A stretch of DNA of 52,135 nt from Alphaproteobacteria bacterium UBA1002 (GTDB lineage Bacteria; Pseudomonadota; Alphaproteobacteria; Rickettsiales; UBA998): the NCBI GenBank assembly GCA_002291845.1, contig DBAU01000048.1, forward strand, positions 1 to 52,135, given 5' to 3'. Below are positions 8,784 through 17,703 of this stretch, one piece after another (position 1 is the stretch's first letter; each line of letters begins with the position of its first letter). Both the position numbers and the translations under genes were made by a program. The notes beneath the pieces were generated by a model that was given only the letters and a program-made list of their open reading frames with translations, made no database searches and was not told the origin of the DNA.

Positions 8784-8889
8784 GGTTCCGCCTTGCTGTT
8801 TTTTTCTTTTCTCTGCTAGGATGCTCACCAAAAGCACCGCTGGACTTGCATGCATAGCCCAAGGCGGCGGCCCCTGACAAGCAGGAATC

Positions 8890-10392
8890 ATGGAAATCCA
8901 GCCGACTCCCAGCCATAATCAGCCTGCGTATACGGTGAGCGAACTCTCCGGTGCCGTTAAACGGGTGATGGAGGATAGCTTCAGCCAGGTCCGTGTGCGC
9001 GGTGAGATCGGCAAAGTCTCACGCCACGCCAGCGGGCACATCTATTTTGACCTCAAGGACGAACGCTCCGTGCTTGCCGGGGTATGCTGGAAGGGCAGCG
9101 CCGGGCGGCTCTCCGCCTTGCTGGAGACCGGGCTGGAGGTCATTGCCAGCGGACGGCTGACCACCTTTGGCGCCCAATCGAAATACCAGCTGATCGTGGA
9201 GCATCTGGAGCCAGCAGGAGCGGGGGCCTTGCTGGCCTTGCTCGAGCAGCGCAAGAAGCAGCTCGCCGCCGAGGGATTATTTGACCCCGCCCGCAAAAAA
9301 GCGCTCCCTTACCTCCCCCGGGTGATCGGCGTGGTGACCTCGCCGACCGGGGCGGTCATCCGTGACATCCTGCACCGGGTGTCTGACCGTTTCCCCTGCC
9401 ATGTGCTGCTGTGGCCGGTGCGTGTGCAGGGCGAGGGCGCGGCGCAGGAGATTGCCGCAGCCATTGCCGGGTTCAACCAGCTGCCGCCAGGTGGCAATAT
9501 CCCCCGCCCGGATGTACTGATTGTTGGCCGGGGCGGTGGCTCGGTGGAAGATCTGTGGTGCTTTAACGAGGAGATCGTGGTGCGTGCCGCTGCGGCCTCT
9601 GATATCCCCCTGATCTCTGCCGTTGGGCATGAAACCGACACCACGCTGATTGATTATGCCGCCGACCGCCGTGCTCCAACGCCCACCGCCGCGGCAGAGA
9701 TGGCGCTACCCGTACGTGCGGATCTTCACTATTACCTCATGGAGAGCGGCCTGCGGATGGTGCAGTCTGTGCGCCGCGGCCTACAGATACGTGCGGACCG
9801 GCTACAGGGGCTCTCCCGTGGCCTGCCGCGCCCGGAGGATCTGCTGGGGCAGGGCCGCCAACGGCTTGACGGGCTGAGCGAGCGGCTGGCGCAAGCGCCG
9901 CGTCACTTGCTGCGCCACAAGCAGGCGGAGCTGCAGCGTCATGAAGGAACCCTCGCGCCACACCGCCTTCTGCAGCGTTTGCAGGAGGCAGAAAGCCTGC
10001 TGCGGCGGGTGCGTGGGCAGTTGGCGGTATCCGGGCGGGTGCAGCTGGAGCGCCAGGCTGATGGGCTGGAGCGCATAGCCTGCCGTCTTTCAGCCGAACT
10101 GGTGCATCAGCAGATCGCCCGCCGACGGGATCAAGTGGCCGCGCTGGGCCGAATGCTGCAAACGCTGAATTATGAGGAAGTGTTGCGCCGTGGCTTTGTG
10201 CTGGTACGCGATGTAGACGGCGCGCCTGTGACCGCCGTAGCCACGCTACCAACCCGCGCGGTTAGCCTTCAGTTTCATGATGGAAGTGCGTGGGTGCAGC
10301 CTTTGGGGGGTGGCGCGTCCGCACCGCCGGTGGCCCGCCGTAAGCAAAGTAAGCCCACCCCGGCGGATGGCTCTCAAGGCTCGCTTTTATAA
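8890..10392 (+). CDS. xseA: exodeoxyribonuclease VII large subunit
   Basis: YTVSELSGAVKRVMEDSFSQVRVRGEIGKVSRHASGHIYFDLKDE.., VVTSPTGAVIRDIL, GRGGGSVEDLWCFNEE, SAVGHETDTTL. Confidence 0.92.
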   Translation: MEIQPTPSHNQPAYTVSELSGAVKRVMEDSFSQVRVRGEIGKVSRHASGHIYFDLKDERSVLAGVCWKGSAGRLSALLETGLEVIASGRLTTFGAQSKYQLIVEHLEPAGAGALLALLEQRKKQLAAEGLFDPARKKALPYLPRVIGVVTSPTGAVIRDILHRVSDRFPCHVLLWPVRVQGEGAAQEIAAAIAGFNQLPPGGNIPRPDVLIVGRGGGSVEDLWCFNEEIVVRAAAASDIPLISAVGHETDTTLIDYAADRRAPTPTAAAEMALPVRADLHYYLMESGLRMVQSVRRGLQIRADRLQGLSRGLPRPEDLLGQGRQRLDGLSERLAQAPRHLLRHKQAELQRHEGTLAPHRLLQRLQEAESLLRRVRGQLAVSGRVQLERQADGLERIACRLSAELVHQQIARRRDQVAALGRMLQTLNYEEVLRRGFVLVRDVDGAPVTAVATLPTRAVSLQFHDGSAWVQPLGGGASAPPVARRKQSKPTPADGSQGSLL

Positions 10393-10438
10393 GTGCAGTT
10401 TATGATGCGTTAAGGATTTTACGCTAATCTACGCCTAT

Positions 10439-11254
10439 ATGCGTACATACCGTCACGTCAAAGCCAATCATACGCAGCTGGGTTTTACCCTGATCGAGCT
10501 TTCCATTGTGCTTGTCATTATCGGACTGATTGCCGGCGGTGTGATGCTTGGTAAAGACTTGGTCGAGCAAGCAGAATTGCGCAGTGCCATCAGTGATATT
10601 ACGCATTACACGAGCGCCATTAATCAGTTCAAAAGAAAGTTTTCTGCCCTGCCCGGTGACATGCGAAACGCCACACGCTTCTGGGGAGCTGCAAATGTGA
10701 CACCGGCCGTTTGTGCAACCACGGTGGGATCGGGGACGCAGACCTGTAATGGCAATGGCAATGGATGGATTGCACTAGGCGGGTCTGCTGCAGAAGAGTA
10801 TGAAAAATTTCGCTTCTGGCAGCATCTGGCCAATGCAGGAATCATCGAGGGTGCCTACAGCGGAGTAACTGGTCCCAATGGCACCAGTGAAGGGGTTATT
10901 GGCGTGAACGTACCCGCGAGTCGCATTCAGGGGGCAGGCTACTTCATCGATCATCAGGGAACGGTTCTGCCTGGAAATACTGTCTGGTTTCCTGCACGCT
11001 ATGACAATTTTTTGCAATTTGGTGCGTATAGTGGTTCGGGCCTTATTGGCCGTATCCTAAAGCCAGAACAAGCATTATTTATTGACAGCAAGCTGGATAA
11101 TGGGCTGCCTCATACAGGGATTGTGATTTCCTCCCCAAACACACGACCGGCCACGCCTGATTGCACATTAGGTGCAAACGGTGGCACCCAATATAATCTG
11201 GCCTATGGCATTGCGGCCTGCAATCTTTTTATCCTCCTTTCTGACACAAAATAG
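10439..11254 (+). CDS. prepilin-type N-terminal cleavage/methylation domain protein (pilin or pseudopilin-like, orphan)
   Basis: The leader MRTYRHVKANHTQLG is followed by FTLIELSIVLVIIGLIAGG, the class III signal / N-methylation motif. Confidence 0.75.
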   Translation: MRTYRHVKANHTQLGFTLIELSIVLVIIGLIAGGVMLGKDLVEQAELRSAISDITHYTSAINQFKRKFSALPGDMRNATRFWGAANVTPAVCATTVGSGTQTCNGNGNGWIALGGSAAEEYEKFRFWQHLANAGIIEGAYSGVTGPNGTSEGVIGVNVPASRIQGAGYFIDHQGTVLPGNTVWFPARYDNFLQFGAYSGSGLIGRILKPEQALFIDSKLDNGLPHTGIVISSPNTRPATPDCTLGANGGTQYNLAYGIAACNLFILLSDTK

Positions 11255-12425
11255 CGGCAGTTTTTCTGCGCAGCATCAATAGCGATAAGTCATCCGACAG
11301 TGCCTGACTTTCCGGCATTGTGATCCAGTGGTTGATCAGATGATGCAGGAAGGCCTTTACATTTGTTTCGGCATAGGAATGTTGCATGGATTCCAGTGCA
11401 CACCAGCGATGTAATGCATCCTCTTTCCCATGGCTCCAGCCCTCAATTAACGCATCGCTATACAGTAACAGGGTTGTCTGCGCAGGGAAGTCTATGGTGA
11501 TGGTTTCGTATGTCGCGTTACGAACTGCACCAAGAGGGTAGCCATGCCCGTTTAATGCGAGGGGCTGGGCGCCGTTGCATAACAAAAGCGGTTGTGTGTG
11601 TGCCGCTGTAGCATAAGAAAGTGTTTCGGCCTGCGTATCGAGAACACCGTACCACGCGGTGGCGAAATGTTGGCGGGGCAACAAAGCATAGAGCGCGTGA
11701 TTCAGTGCGGTGAGGTAAGCCCCCGGATCATCAGATGGGACAAGCTCGCGTTGGGTAAGGCTGTGGAAACGAAAACTATTCAGCGCCGCCAGAATTCCAT
11801 GGCCAGTGAAGTCCACCTGATAAAACGCCATGCGTGTTTGGCTGAGCGCTTTTACGCCCCACAGGTCTCCCGATAAGGATTGGCACGGCTGATGATGAAC
11901 CGCTAATTCCACCTGAAATGCTGCTTCGAGCGCGGCGCATTGCTCCGAATTTGGAAGAATGAGGGATTGCATGGCCCGCGCCGTATGTAACTCCTGCTGC
12001 CATTGACGTTGTTTATCCTGCAGCAGGCGCTGCATGGCTACGCGTTGTAGATGGATGGTGGTGCGCGCCACAAGCTCACCGGCTTGTAAGGGTTTTCGAA
12101 TAAAATCCGTGGCCCCAGCGGCAAAAATTTCTGCCAGGCCCTCCATGTTTTCGATGCCGGTTTGCACAATGATGGGGGTTTCCCGAAAGTCCGGCTGCTG
12201 ACGAAGGGTACGGCATACTGTGTAGCCGTCCATGCCGGGCATGATCACATCCAGCAGGATTAAATCCGGCTGATGTTCGAGGGCGGCATGTAAGGCTTCC
12301 TCGCCGTTGGTGGCAAAGAAAAGCTGGTCCACCCCCTGACGGCGCAGGATGGCGGCGGCAATCTGTCGACTATCCGCCGTATCATCTACAATCAGCACAC
12401 GCAGGCCCTGAATGGGGTATGTCAT
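11229..12425 (-). CDS. response regulator with PP2C/SpoIIE-type phosphatase output (RsbU/RssB-like)
   Basis: REC motifs: RVLIVDDTADS, LILLDVIMPGMDG, FIRKP. PP2C motifs: SLSGDLWGV, QVDFTGHGILAAL, LLLYSDALIEG. The start is taken at MTYPIQGL (cat 12423-12425). Confidence 0.85.
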   Translation of the reverse strand: MTYPIQGLRVLIVDDTADSRQIAAAILRRQGVDQLFFATNGEEALHAALEHQPDLILLDVIMPGMDGYTVCRTLRQQPDFRETPIIVQTGIENMEGLAEIFAAGATDFIRKPLQAGELVARTTIHLQRVAMQRLLQDKQRQWQQELHTARAMQSLILPNSEQCAALEAAFQVELAVHHQPCQSLSGDLWGVKALSQTRMAFYQVDFTGHGILAALNSFRFHSLTQRELVPSDDPGAYLTALNHALYALLPRQHFATAWYGVLDTQAETLSYATAAHTQPLLLCNGAQPLALNGHGYPLGAVRNATYETITIDFPAQTTLLLYSDALIEGWSHGKEDALHRWCALESMQHSYAETNVKAFLHHLINHWITMPESQALSDDLSLLMLRRKTAAILCQKGG

Positions 12426-12447
12426 GGAATCATGCATGTGGATTGCC

Positions 12448-12762
12448 TCAGGCGTAAGGGAGCCCAAAAATTTCATTTAAGCGTGAGGCGTGCAGAATAC
12501 GTTGCACCTGCCCTTGCGCCCCGCTCAGATGAATGCGCACGCGGAAACGATCACAATGTTCTTTCAGCAAGAGCAACAAGCCAAGCCCCGAAGAGTCAAT
12601 AAATTCAACCTGACGCAGATCCACGATCAGCGATTGGCAGGAGCTGCCGGCCCGCTCAATTTCCTGGCACAACTGCTCAACCAGCTTGTAATCGTGAAAA
12701 TGCGAGCGTCCGGATAGCTGAACAGCAAATCCGTTTGCGGTCTGCTCCAACACAATGTTCAT
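12448..12762 (-). CDS. STAS-domain anti-sigma-factor antagonist
   Basis: MNIVLEQTANGFAVQLSGRSHF...LIVDLRQVEFIDSSGLGLLLLL; DSSG is a SpoIIAA-type phosphoserine motif. The ATG overlaps the CheB-like stop (ATGA at 12759-12762). Confidence 0.85.
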   Translation of the reverse strand: MNIVLEQTANGFAVQLSGRSHFHDYKLVEQLCQEIERAGSSCQSLIVDLRQVEFIDSSGLGLLLLLKEHCDRFRVRIHLSGAQGQVQRILHASRLNEIFGLPYA

Positions 12763-13796
12763 GCGGGCACCTCGCAAGGCTGAGGGCATGAGGCTGCCAA
12801 AAACTGCGGCATGTTCTCCAGTGCCACGCTGTGATGTTTTCCACTTTGCATCTGCGTTCTCAGAGGTAGCTCTGGCGCAGTTGCGGTAAGTGGAGACTGC
12901 ACCCATGTGGTGGCACCGCATTGCTGCAATGCTCCTAAGCCGTTGCTTCCATCGGTACCGCAGCCGGCCAGCAAAACACCCATGGCGCGTGCACCGACCG
13001 TTTCAGCCAGGTGGGAGAAAAGGTTGTTAAGTGGCTCTGGTTCTGAGGTACGACGACCCGGTAGGATGGTGAGTCCTGTTTGTTCAACACGCAGATGCAC
13101 TGGGTGGCTGCTGCAGGTGATGTACACATGTCCGGGTAACAGCTGCAAACCGGGTCGTGCTGGCAGAACGGTGATTGTCTGAAAGGGGGCGCAGTGTCGG
13201 GAAATCAGTTGTGGAAACGGTTCAGGTAAGGGCTGGGCCATCAGCACGGGTGGCAAACGATCCGGCAAATGACGCAAAAGGTAGCTGACCGCTCCGGCCC
13301 CGCCGGAGGTGGCTCCAAAGGCAATAAGGTGGGGAGGCGCTCCGGTGGGTGGAGGAGGGGTGGTCTCTTCTCGCTTTCGTTTGCGTAACACGCGAATCTG
13401 TTCTGCGCTCCGCTGTGCCGCATGCACTCGCGTATGTAGCTGATCACGCAAAAGACTCATTTCCCGCGCGCTGGTGGCTGTTTTAATCACGACATCAAAG
13501 GCCCCCAGCTCCACCACGCGTAGGCTGGCCTGCAAACTGCGCTGGGTGAGTCGAGTGAGCAGAATGACTGGCGGAGCGACGGCATGCAGAAATGCCTCCC
13601 ATCCTGCACGCCCACGGCTGCCTGGCACCTCGACATCCATCACCACCACATCCGGTGACAAGCGTCGTAGCAAACGCTGTGCCGTGGCCAGATCACCCGC
13701 CGTGCCACAGACTTCGATCGACGCATCACTCTCCAGCAAACAACTGAGCATCTCGCGCATGAGCAAAGAGCCATCGACCACCAGGACGCGCAACAT
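12759..13796 (-). CDS. CheB-like receiver/methylesterase-fold protein (esterase active site apparently degenerate)
   Basis: REC motifs: MLRVLVVDGS..VVMDVEVPG..VVIKT. The C-terminal CheB-fold has LIAFGATSGGAGAV, LLPGHVYI and LLAGCGTDGSNG. QHMP is replaced by QPLP and the FGMP motif is missing. Confidence 0.8.
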   Translation of the reverse strand: MLRVLVVDGSLLMREMLSCLLESDASIEVCGTAGDLATAQRLLRRLSPDVVVMDVEVPGSRGRAGWEAFLHAVAPPVILLTRLTQRSLQASLRVVELGAFDVVIKTATSAREMSLLRDQLHTRVHAAQRSAEQIRVLRKRKREETTPPPPTGAPPHLIAFGATSGGAGAVSYLLRHLPDRLPPVLMAQPLPEPFPQLISRHCAPFQTITVLPARPGLQLLPGHVYITCSSHPVHLRVEQTGLTILPGRRTSEPEPLNNLFSHLAETVGARAMGVLLAGCGTDGSNGLGALQQCGATTWVQSPLTATAPELPLRTQMQSGKHHSVALENMPQFLAASCPQPCEVPA

Positions 13797-13798
13797 GA

Positions 13799-16450
13799 TT
13801 AAAATTCCTCCCACCCGGCTTCCACGGGGGCGTGATGGCCATTGGTCTTGTGCGCACGTGGTGCCAGACGCGGGGTTTTTCGTGTGCTCTCCGCGCGCAC
13901 CGTAACCGCCGGACGGGCAGTAACCGCCGGCGCTTCCTGTGCCTCTTCCTCACGGCCAAGGCGGAAATATCCAATCAGGCCACGTAGCTCGCCACCTTTT
14001 TCGGCCAGGGATTGTGAGGCTGCCGCGGTTTGTTCAACCAGTGCGGCATTCTGCTGCGTCATTTCATCCATCTGCGTGACGGTGGTATTGATCTGATTAA
14101 TACCAATGGCCTGCTCTTGGCTGGCATGAGCGATTGAGCTGACAATATCGGCCACACGTGCCACGGAGCTAATAATCTCCTGCAGTGTTTCGCCTGTGCG
14201 GTTGACCAGATCGGAGCCGCTTTTGACTTGGCTCACGCTCTCCTGAATCAGCATTTTGATTTCCTTGGAGGCCGAAGAAGAGCGTCCCGCCAGTGCCCTC
14301 ACTTCGCTTGCGACCACGGCAAAGCCCTTGCCTGCTTCGCCAGCCCGTGCCGCTTCTACAGCGGCATTGAGTGCCAGCAAGTTGGTCTGGAAGGCGATCT
14401 CATCAATCACACCAATAATATCAGCAATTTTCTGTGATGAGTGCTCTATGGCCTGCATGGCAGTGATAGCTGCGCCCACCACCTCGCCTCCACGCTCTGC
14501 AACCTGCCGTGTCTCGCCAGAGAAGCTGCTTGCCTCTCGCGCACTTTGGGCATTCTGTTTCACTGTGCCCGTCATTTCTTCCATGGAGGCCGCCGTTTCC
14601 TCCAGTGACGAAGCCTGACTTTCCGTACGTGTTGACAGGTCTCGGCTGCCATCGGCGATTTCCGACGCGGATCCACTCACGGACTCCGCCGTATCCTTGA
14701 TGCGCTTTACCAGATCGCGTAGTTGAAGGATGGTATCATTCAGCGCCTGCTGCATGTCACCAAAGGCACCGCTGAATTGCCCATCCATGGTGTGGGTAAG
14801 GTCCCCTTTGGCCAGGTGGCGCACCACCTGAATCGCGGCATCCACCGGACGAATAACGGTATCGAGCAGGCTATTCATGCTTTCTGCCAGCTCACGATAG
14901 AAGCCTTCAAATTGTGCTGCCTCAATCCGTTCAGCAAGGTTGCCTTCCCGCGCACTGGCAATCAGGTGATTGATGCTTTCCTGTGCACGTTTTACACTTT
15001 CCTCGGCGTTCTTTTCATCGGTGACAAAGCGCCAGTCGATAAAGGCTCCGTTGAAGCGGCCATCGCTTGTGGGGAGCTGGTTGGCGGTCAGTGACATCCA
15101 TTCGTCACCAATGCGGAACACCGTATGCAGCGGCAGTTTGGCACGATCCACCAGAGCCCCGCGTTGGTGTGAAGGGTTTTTATGGAAGATATCGATATTG
15201 CTACCCACCATGCGATCCGCTGTCACTGGCAGATGCCGTTCAATTTTCCGCAGTGCACGGCGGGCGGCCTCGTTGAGGTAGGTAATGGTGAAATCGCGGT
15301 CGCACATCATGAGCGGCATCGTGTGATTTTCAATCATGCTCTGGAGGGTAATGTTTCGGCTGATTGCTTGATGCAGGCGCAGGCATGCACGCTGCAGGGC
15401 GCCAATTTCAGTGTCATGCGAACTATCCTCCAGCACGATATCTGTCTGCCCTTCCGCCAGCGCGGAGACGGTGGCAACGGCATGCCGCAGGGGCCGCACA
15501 ATGCTACGCGCGATGAAGAGGGATGCCAGCGTTCCCAATGCCAGCGCCACACAGGCAATGATGATGGAGGAAAGACTCAGTTCGCCAAGTTGCGCGCTTT
15601 CTGTTTGCGTGATGTGCTGCTGTTCTTCCACTTTTTGCTGGGCCAGCCCGCCGGAACGTGTGGTCGCTTCCGTAATAATGCCCGCCATACGCTGATCGAA
15701 CAGCATATTTCGTTCACGGATCAATCCATCCACTTTGCGAAATGCTTGCAGATACGCCGGTAGGATGGTGGAAAGTTGGGTAAGTTCTTCGCTGGATACA
15801 TCTCCCTCGCCAGCAAGCTGGGTGAGAAGGGTATTGATGGTGGTGGAAAGCTGCTCAATATTGGCCGCATGTTCGGGCTTGTTACTGAGCAGAAACTTCA
15901 TGGCTTCCAGTCGAGCGTTTAGGAATGATTCATCCAGTTGCTGCAGAACAGGTTGACGCGCGTCGCCACTGGGAAGCGAGCGGCGAGCGGCATCCAGTAG
16001 CCGGCCACCCTGCGGCCCCAGCACATCCATTTCTTCTTTTACCACCTGATTGCGCTGTGCGATCAGTTCAGCAACCCGTGCCGCATCCGCGCGGTATTGT
16101 ACCAGTAAGCTTGCCAGAGCCTGTACCTCCTGGTGCGGCGTGCCTTCCTTGATATGTGCGGCCGTATCCTTGGCTTGCTGGTCCAGCATATCTAGGCGTT
16201 TAACCAACGCCTCATAAAGCGCCGGATCCATCGTGGTGCGAAATTGCCGTGCCAGCAGATTGACCTCAATAAAGCCTTTTTCAATATCACGCAGCAGCCG
16301 CACATCTTCGACCACGGATGCGAGGATAACAAATTGTTCCCGCGTATGCAGAATCCCGCTGAGCATCTGTCCGGTGGATCCGGCCATCAGGAGCATCAGC
16401 AACAACATTCCTGCGCCAATGCGCCAGCTTATTTTAAAACGTGACAGCAT
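13799..16450 (-). CDS. methyl-accepting chemotaxis protein, domain order TM-periplasmic helical domain-TM-HAMP-PAS-HAMP-MA, with a C-terminal GWEEF pentapeptide (Aer2-like PAS)
   Basis: N-terminal TM, second [25 protein letters not shown] with [16 protein letters not shown] tip [35 protein letters not shown]. The protein ends in ...VEAGWEEF. Confidence 0.9.
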   Translation of the reverse strand: MLSRFKISWRIGAGMLLLMLLMAGSTGQMLSGILHTREQFVILASVVEDVRLLRDIEKGFIEVNLLARQFRTTMDPALYEALVKRLDMLDQQAKDTAAHIKEGTPHQEVQALASLLVQYRADAARVAELIAQRNQVVKEEMDVLGPQGGRLLDAARRSLPSGDARQPVLQQLDESFLNARLEAMKFLLSNKPEHAANIEQLSTTINTLLTQLAGEGDVSSEELTQLSTILPAYLQAFRKVDGLIRERNMLFDQRMAGIITEATTRSGGLAQQKVEEQQHITQTESAQLGELSLSSIIIACVALALGTLASLFIARSIVRPLRHAVATVSALAEGQTDIVLEDSSHDTEIGALQRACLRLHQAISRNITLQSMIENHTMPLMMCDRDFTITYLNEAARRALRKIERHLPVTADRMVGSNIDIFHKNPSHQRGALVDRAKLPLHTVFRIGDEWMSLTANQLPTSDGRFNGAFIDWRFVTDEKNAEESVKRAQESINHLIASAREGNLAERIEAAQFEGFYRELAESMNSLLDTVIRPVDAAIQVVRHLAKGDLTHTMDGQFSGAFGDMQQALNDTILQLRDLVKRIKDTAESVSGSASEIADGSRDLSTRTESQASSLEETAASMEEMTGTVKQNAQSAREASSFSGETRQVAERGGEVVGAAITAMQAIEHSSQKIADIIGVIDEIAFQTNLLALNAAVEAARAGEAGKGFAVVASEVRALAGRSSSASKEIKMLIQESVSQVKSGSDLVNRTGETLQEIISSVARVADIVSSIAHASQEQAIGINQINTTVTQMDEMTQQNAALVEQTAAASQSLAEKGGELRGLIGYFRLGREEEAQEAPAVTARPAVTVRAESTRKTPRLAPRAHKTNGHHAPVEAGWEEF

Positions 16451-16493
16451 CGTTTGGGTCTCCTATTTTTTGGCCAAACAGGCCGTTCTCCGG

Positions 16494-17498
16494 TTAGAAA
16501 AGTTCAACATCCACATGCCCTTCCTGAGTGGCGGCAGAAGGGCCATGTAGGCTTTGGCGTAACTGTTCGCGCAGATCGCTAAGGTTCAATACGTTCAGAA
16601 CCTCTTCTTCATCTGGGGCGCCATTGCGATGGCTCAGCTGTGCCAATGCGGCTTGTCCGTTGCGAAGATACTGGCAAACACGATCTTGAAATTGCAGGCT
16701 GATAACGGTTTGGGCGATGGTCTGCGCTAAATCTCGCGACGCCAGAGAGGTATGGCGCAGCATGGACTGGAAAGCCTCATTCTGTTCGCCGATGGACGTC
16801 ATCATGTCCCCAATTTTGCTACGCAGAAGGATATTGTCAGAGAGGTCCGTTTCCGCGGAGGCTTTGAGAGATCGGTAACACTGCGCCACACTCTCCGCCA
16901 CATTTCCAATCCCCTGTTCCATCTGATGTGAGAGGTTCTGAATATCGCCGGAGAGCAGCTTTACCTCTGCCGCAACTACGGCGAAGCCATGTCCGGCTTC
17001 GCCCGCCGATTGCGCCTCAATGGTGGCGTTGATCGCCAGCATACGCGTTTGTTTGGTAATTCGCCGGATGGCCTGAACGAGCCGGGTGATATCCTCCAGC
17101 GTGGCTTGTGCCTGATCAAACTGTGAGGCCATGGTAAGGGACAGTTTGGTAATACTTAAAATCCGCTCGATCGAGACATCCAGCGTCTGGCCGATAAGCT
17201 GGAGCGCTTCCTCCAGAGGCATAAGATTGCCTTCAACCTTTACCTTTGCCCCCTGAGCCACCAGTGCATCAACCTGCTGAGCCTGCATCAGGGCTTGCGA
17301 TGCCATGTCCTGAAACCGCTGACTGATCGCATCTGTCTGGGTGGTGACATCGTGACAGGCCCGTTCAATGCAGTCTTGCACCAGTCCAAGCGTGGCCTGC
17401 AGCAAAGAGTTCCCATCGTCCTGAGGCGCGTGGGGTTCTGGCGCCAGGATAGAAGAATAATCGTCCAGGTAGATATTATTGTTGATGTATGTGCTCAT
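16494..17498 (-). CDS. soluble MCP-signalling-domain protein
   Basis: It has no TM segment and the tip motif MLAINATIEAQSAGEAGHGFAVVAAEVKLL. FQDxxxQ motifs lie on both flanking helices. Confidence 0.8.
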   Translation of the reverse strand: MSTYINNNIYLDDYSSILAPEPHAPQDDGNSLLQATLGLVQDCIERACHDVTTQTDAISQRFQDMASQALMQAQQVDALVAQGAKVKVEGNLMPLEEALQLIGQTLDVSIERILSITKLSLTMASQFDQAQATLEDITRLVQAIRRITKQTRMLAINATIEAQSAGEAGHGFAVVAAEVKLLSGDIQNLSHQMEQGIGNVAESVAQCYRSLKASAETDLSDNILLRSKIGDMMTSIGEQNEAFQSMLRHTSLASRDLAQTIAQTVISLQFQDRVCQYLRNGQAALAQLSHRNGAPDEEEVLNVLNLSDLREQLRQSLHGPSAATQEGHVDVELF

Positions 17499-17703
17499 AG
17501 GTTGTGCCTAGGGGTGCAAAACAGGCATGCCTTCTCTGGCACAACAGTTATCGCTAGAAAGTGTACCATGTCAACACAACTATAAGTATACATAGCGAGG
17601 TGCACCGGCTGACTTGTCACAGCAAGAAAAACTCCATGCTGGGGAACGCTTTCAAGCCTCCTGGTGGCTGTACCTTGCCTACAGAACCGTTTAGGGTACC
17701 GCC

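Noticed and set aside
17537-17552. Sigma54-like TGGCAC-N5-TTAT element between the chemoreceptor operon and the mla operon.
   Set aside because: The -12 element lacks the essential GC (TTAT instead of TTGC). No enhancer-binding protein is nearby, and the reverse-strand GGCATG..TTTGCA candidate has the wrong spacing (12 nt instead of 10).
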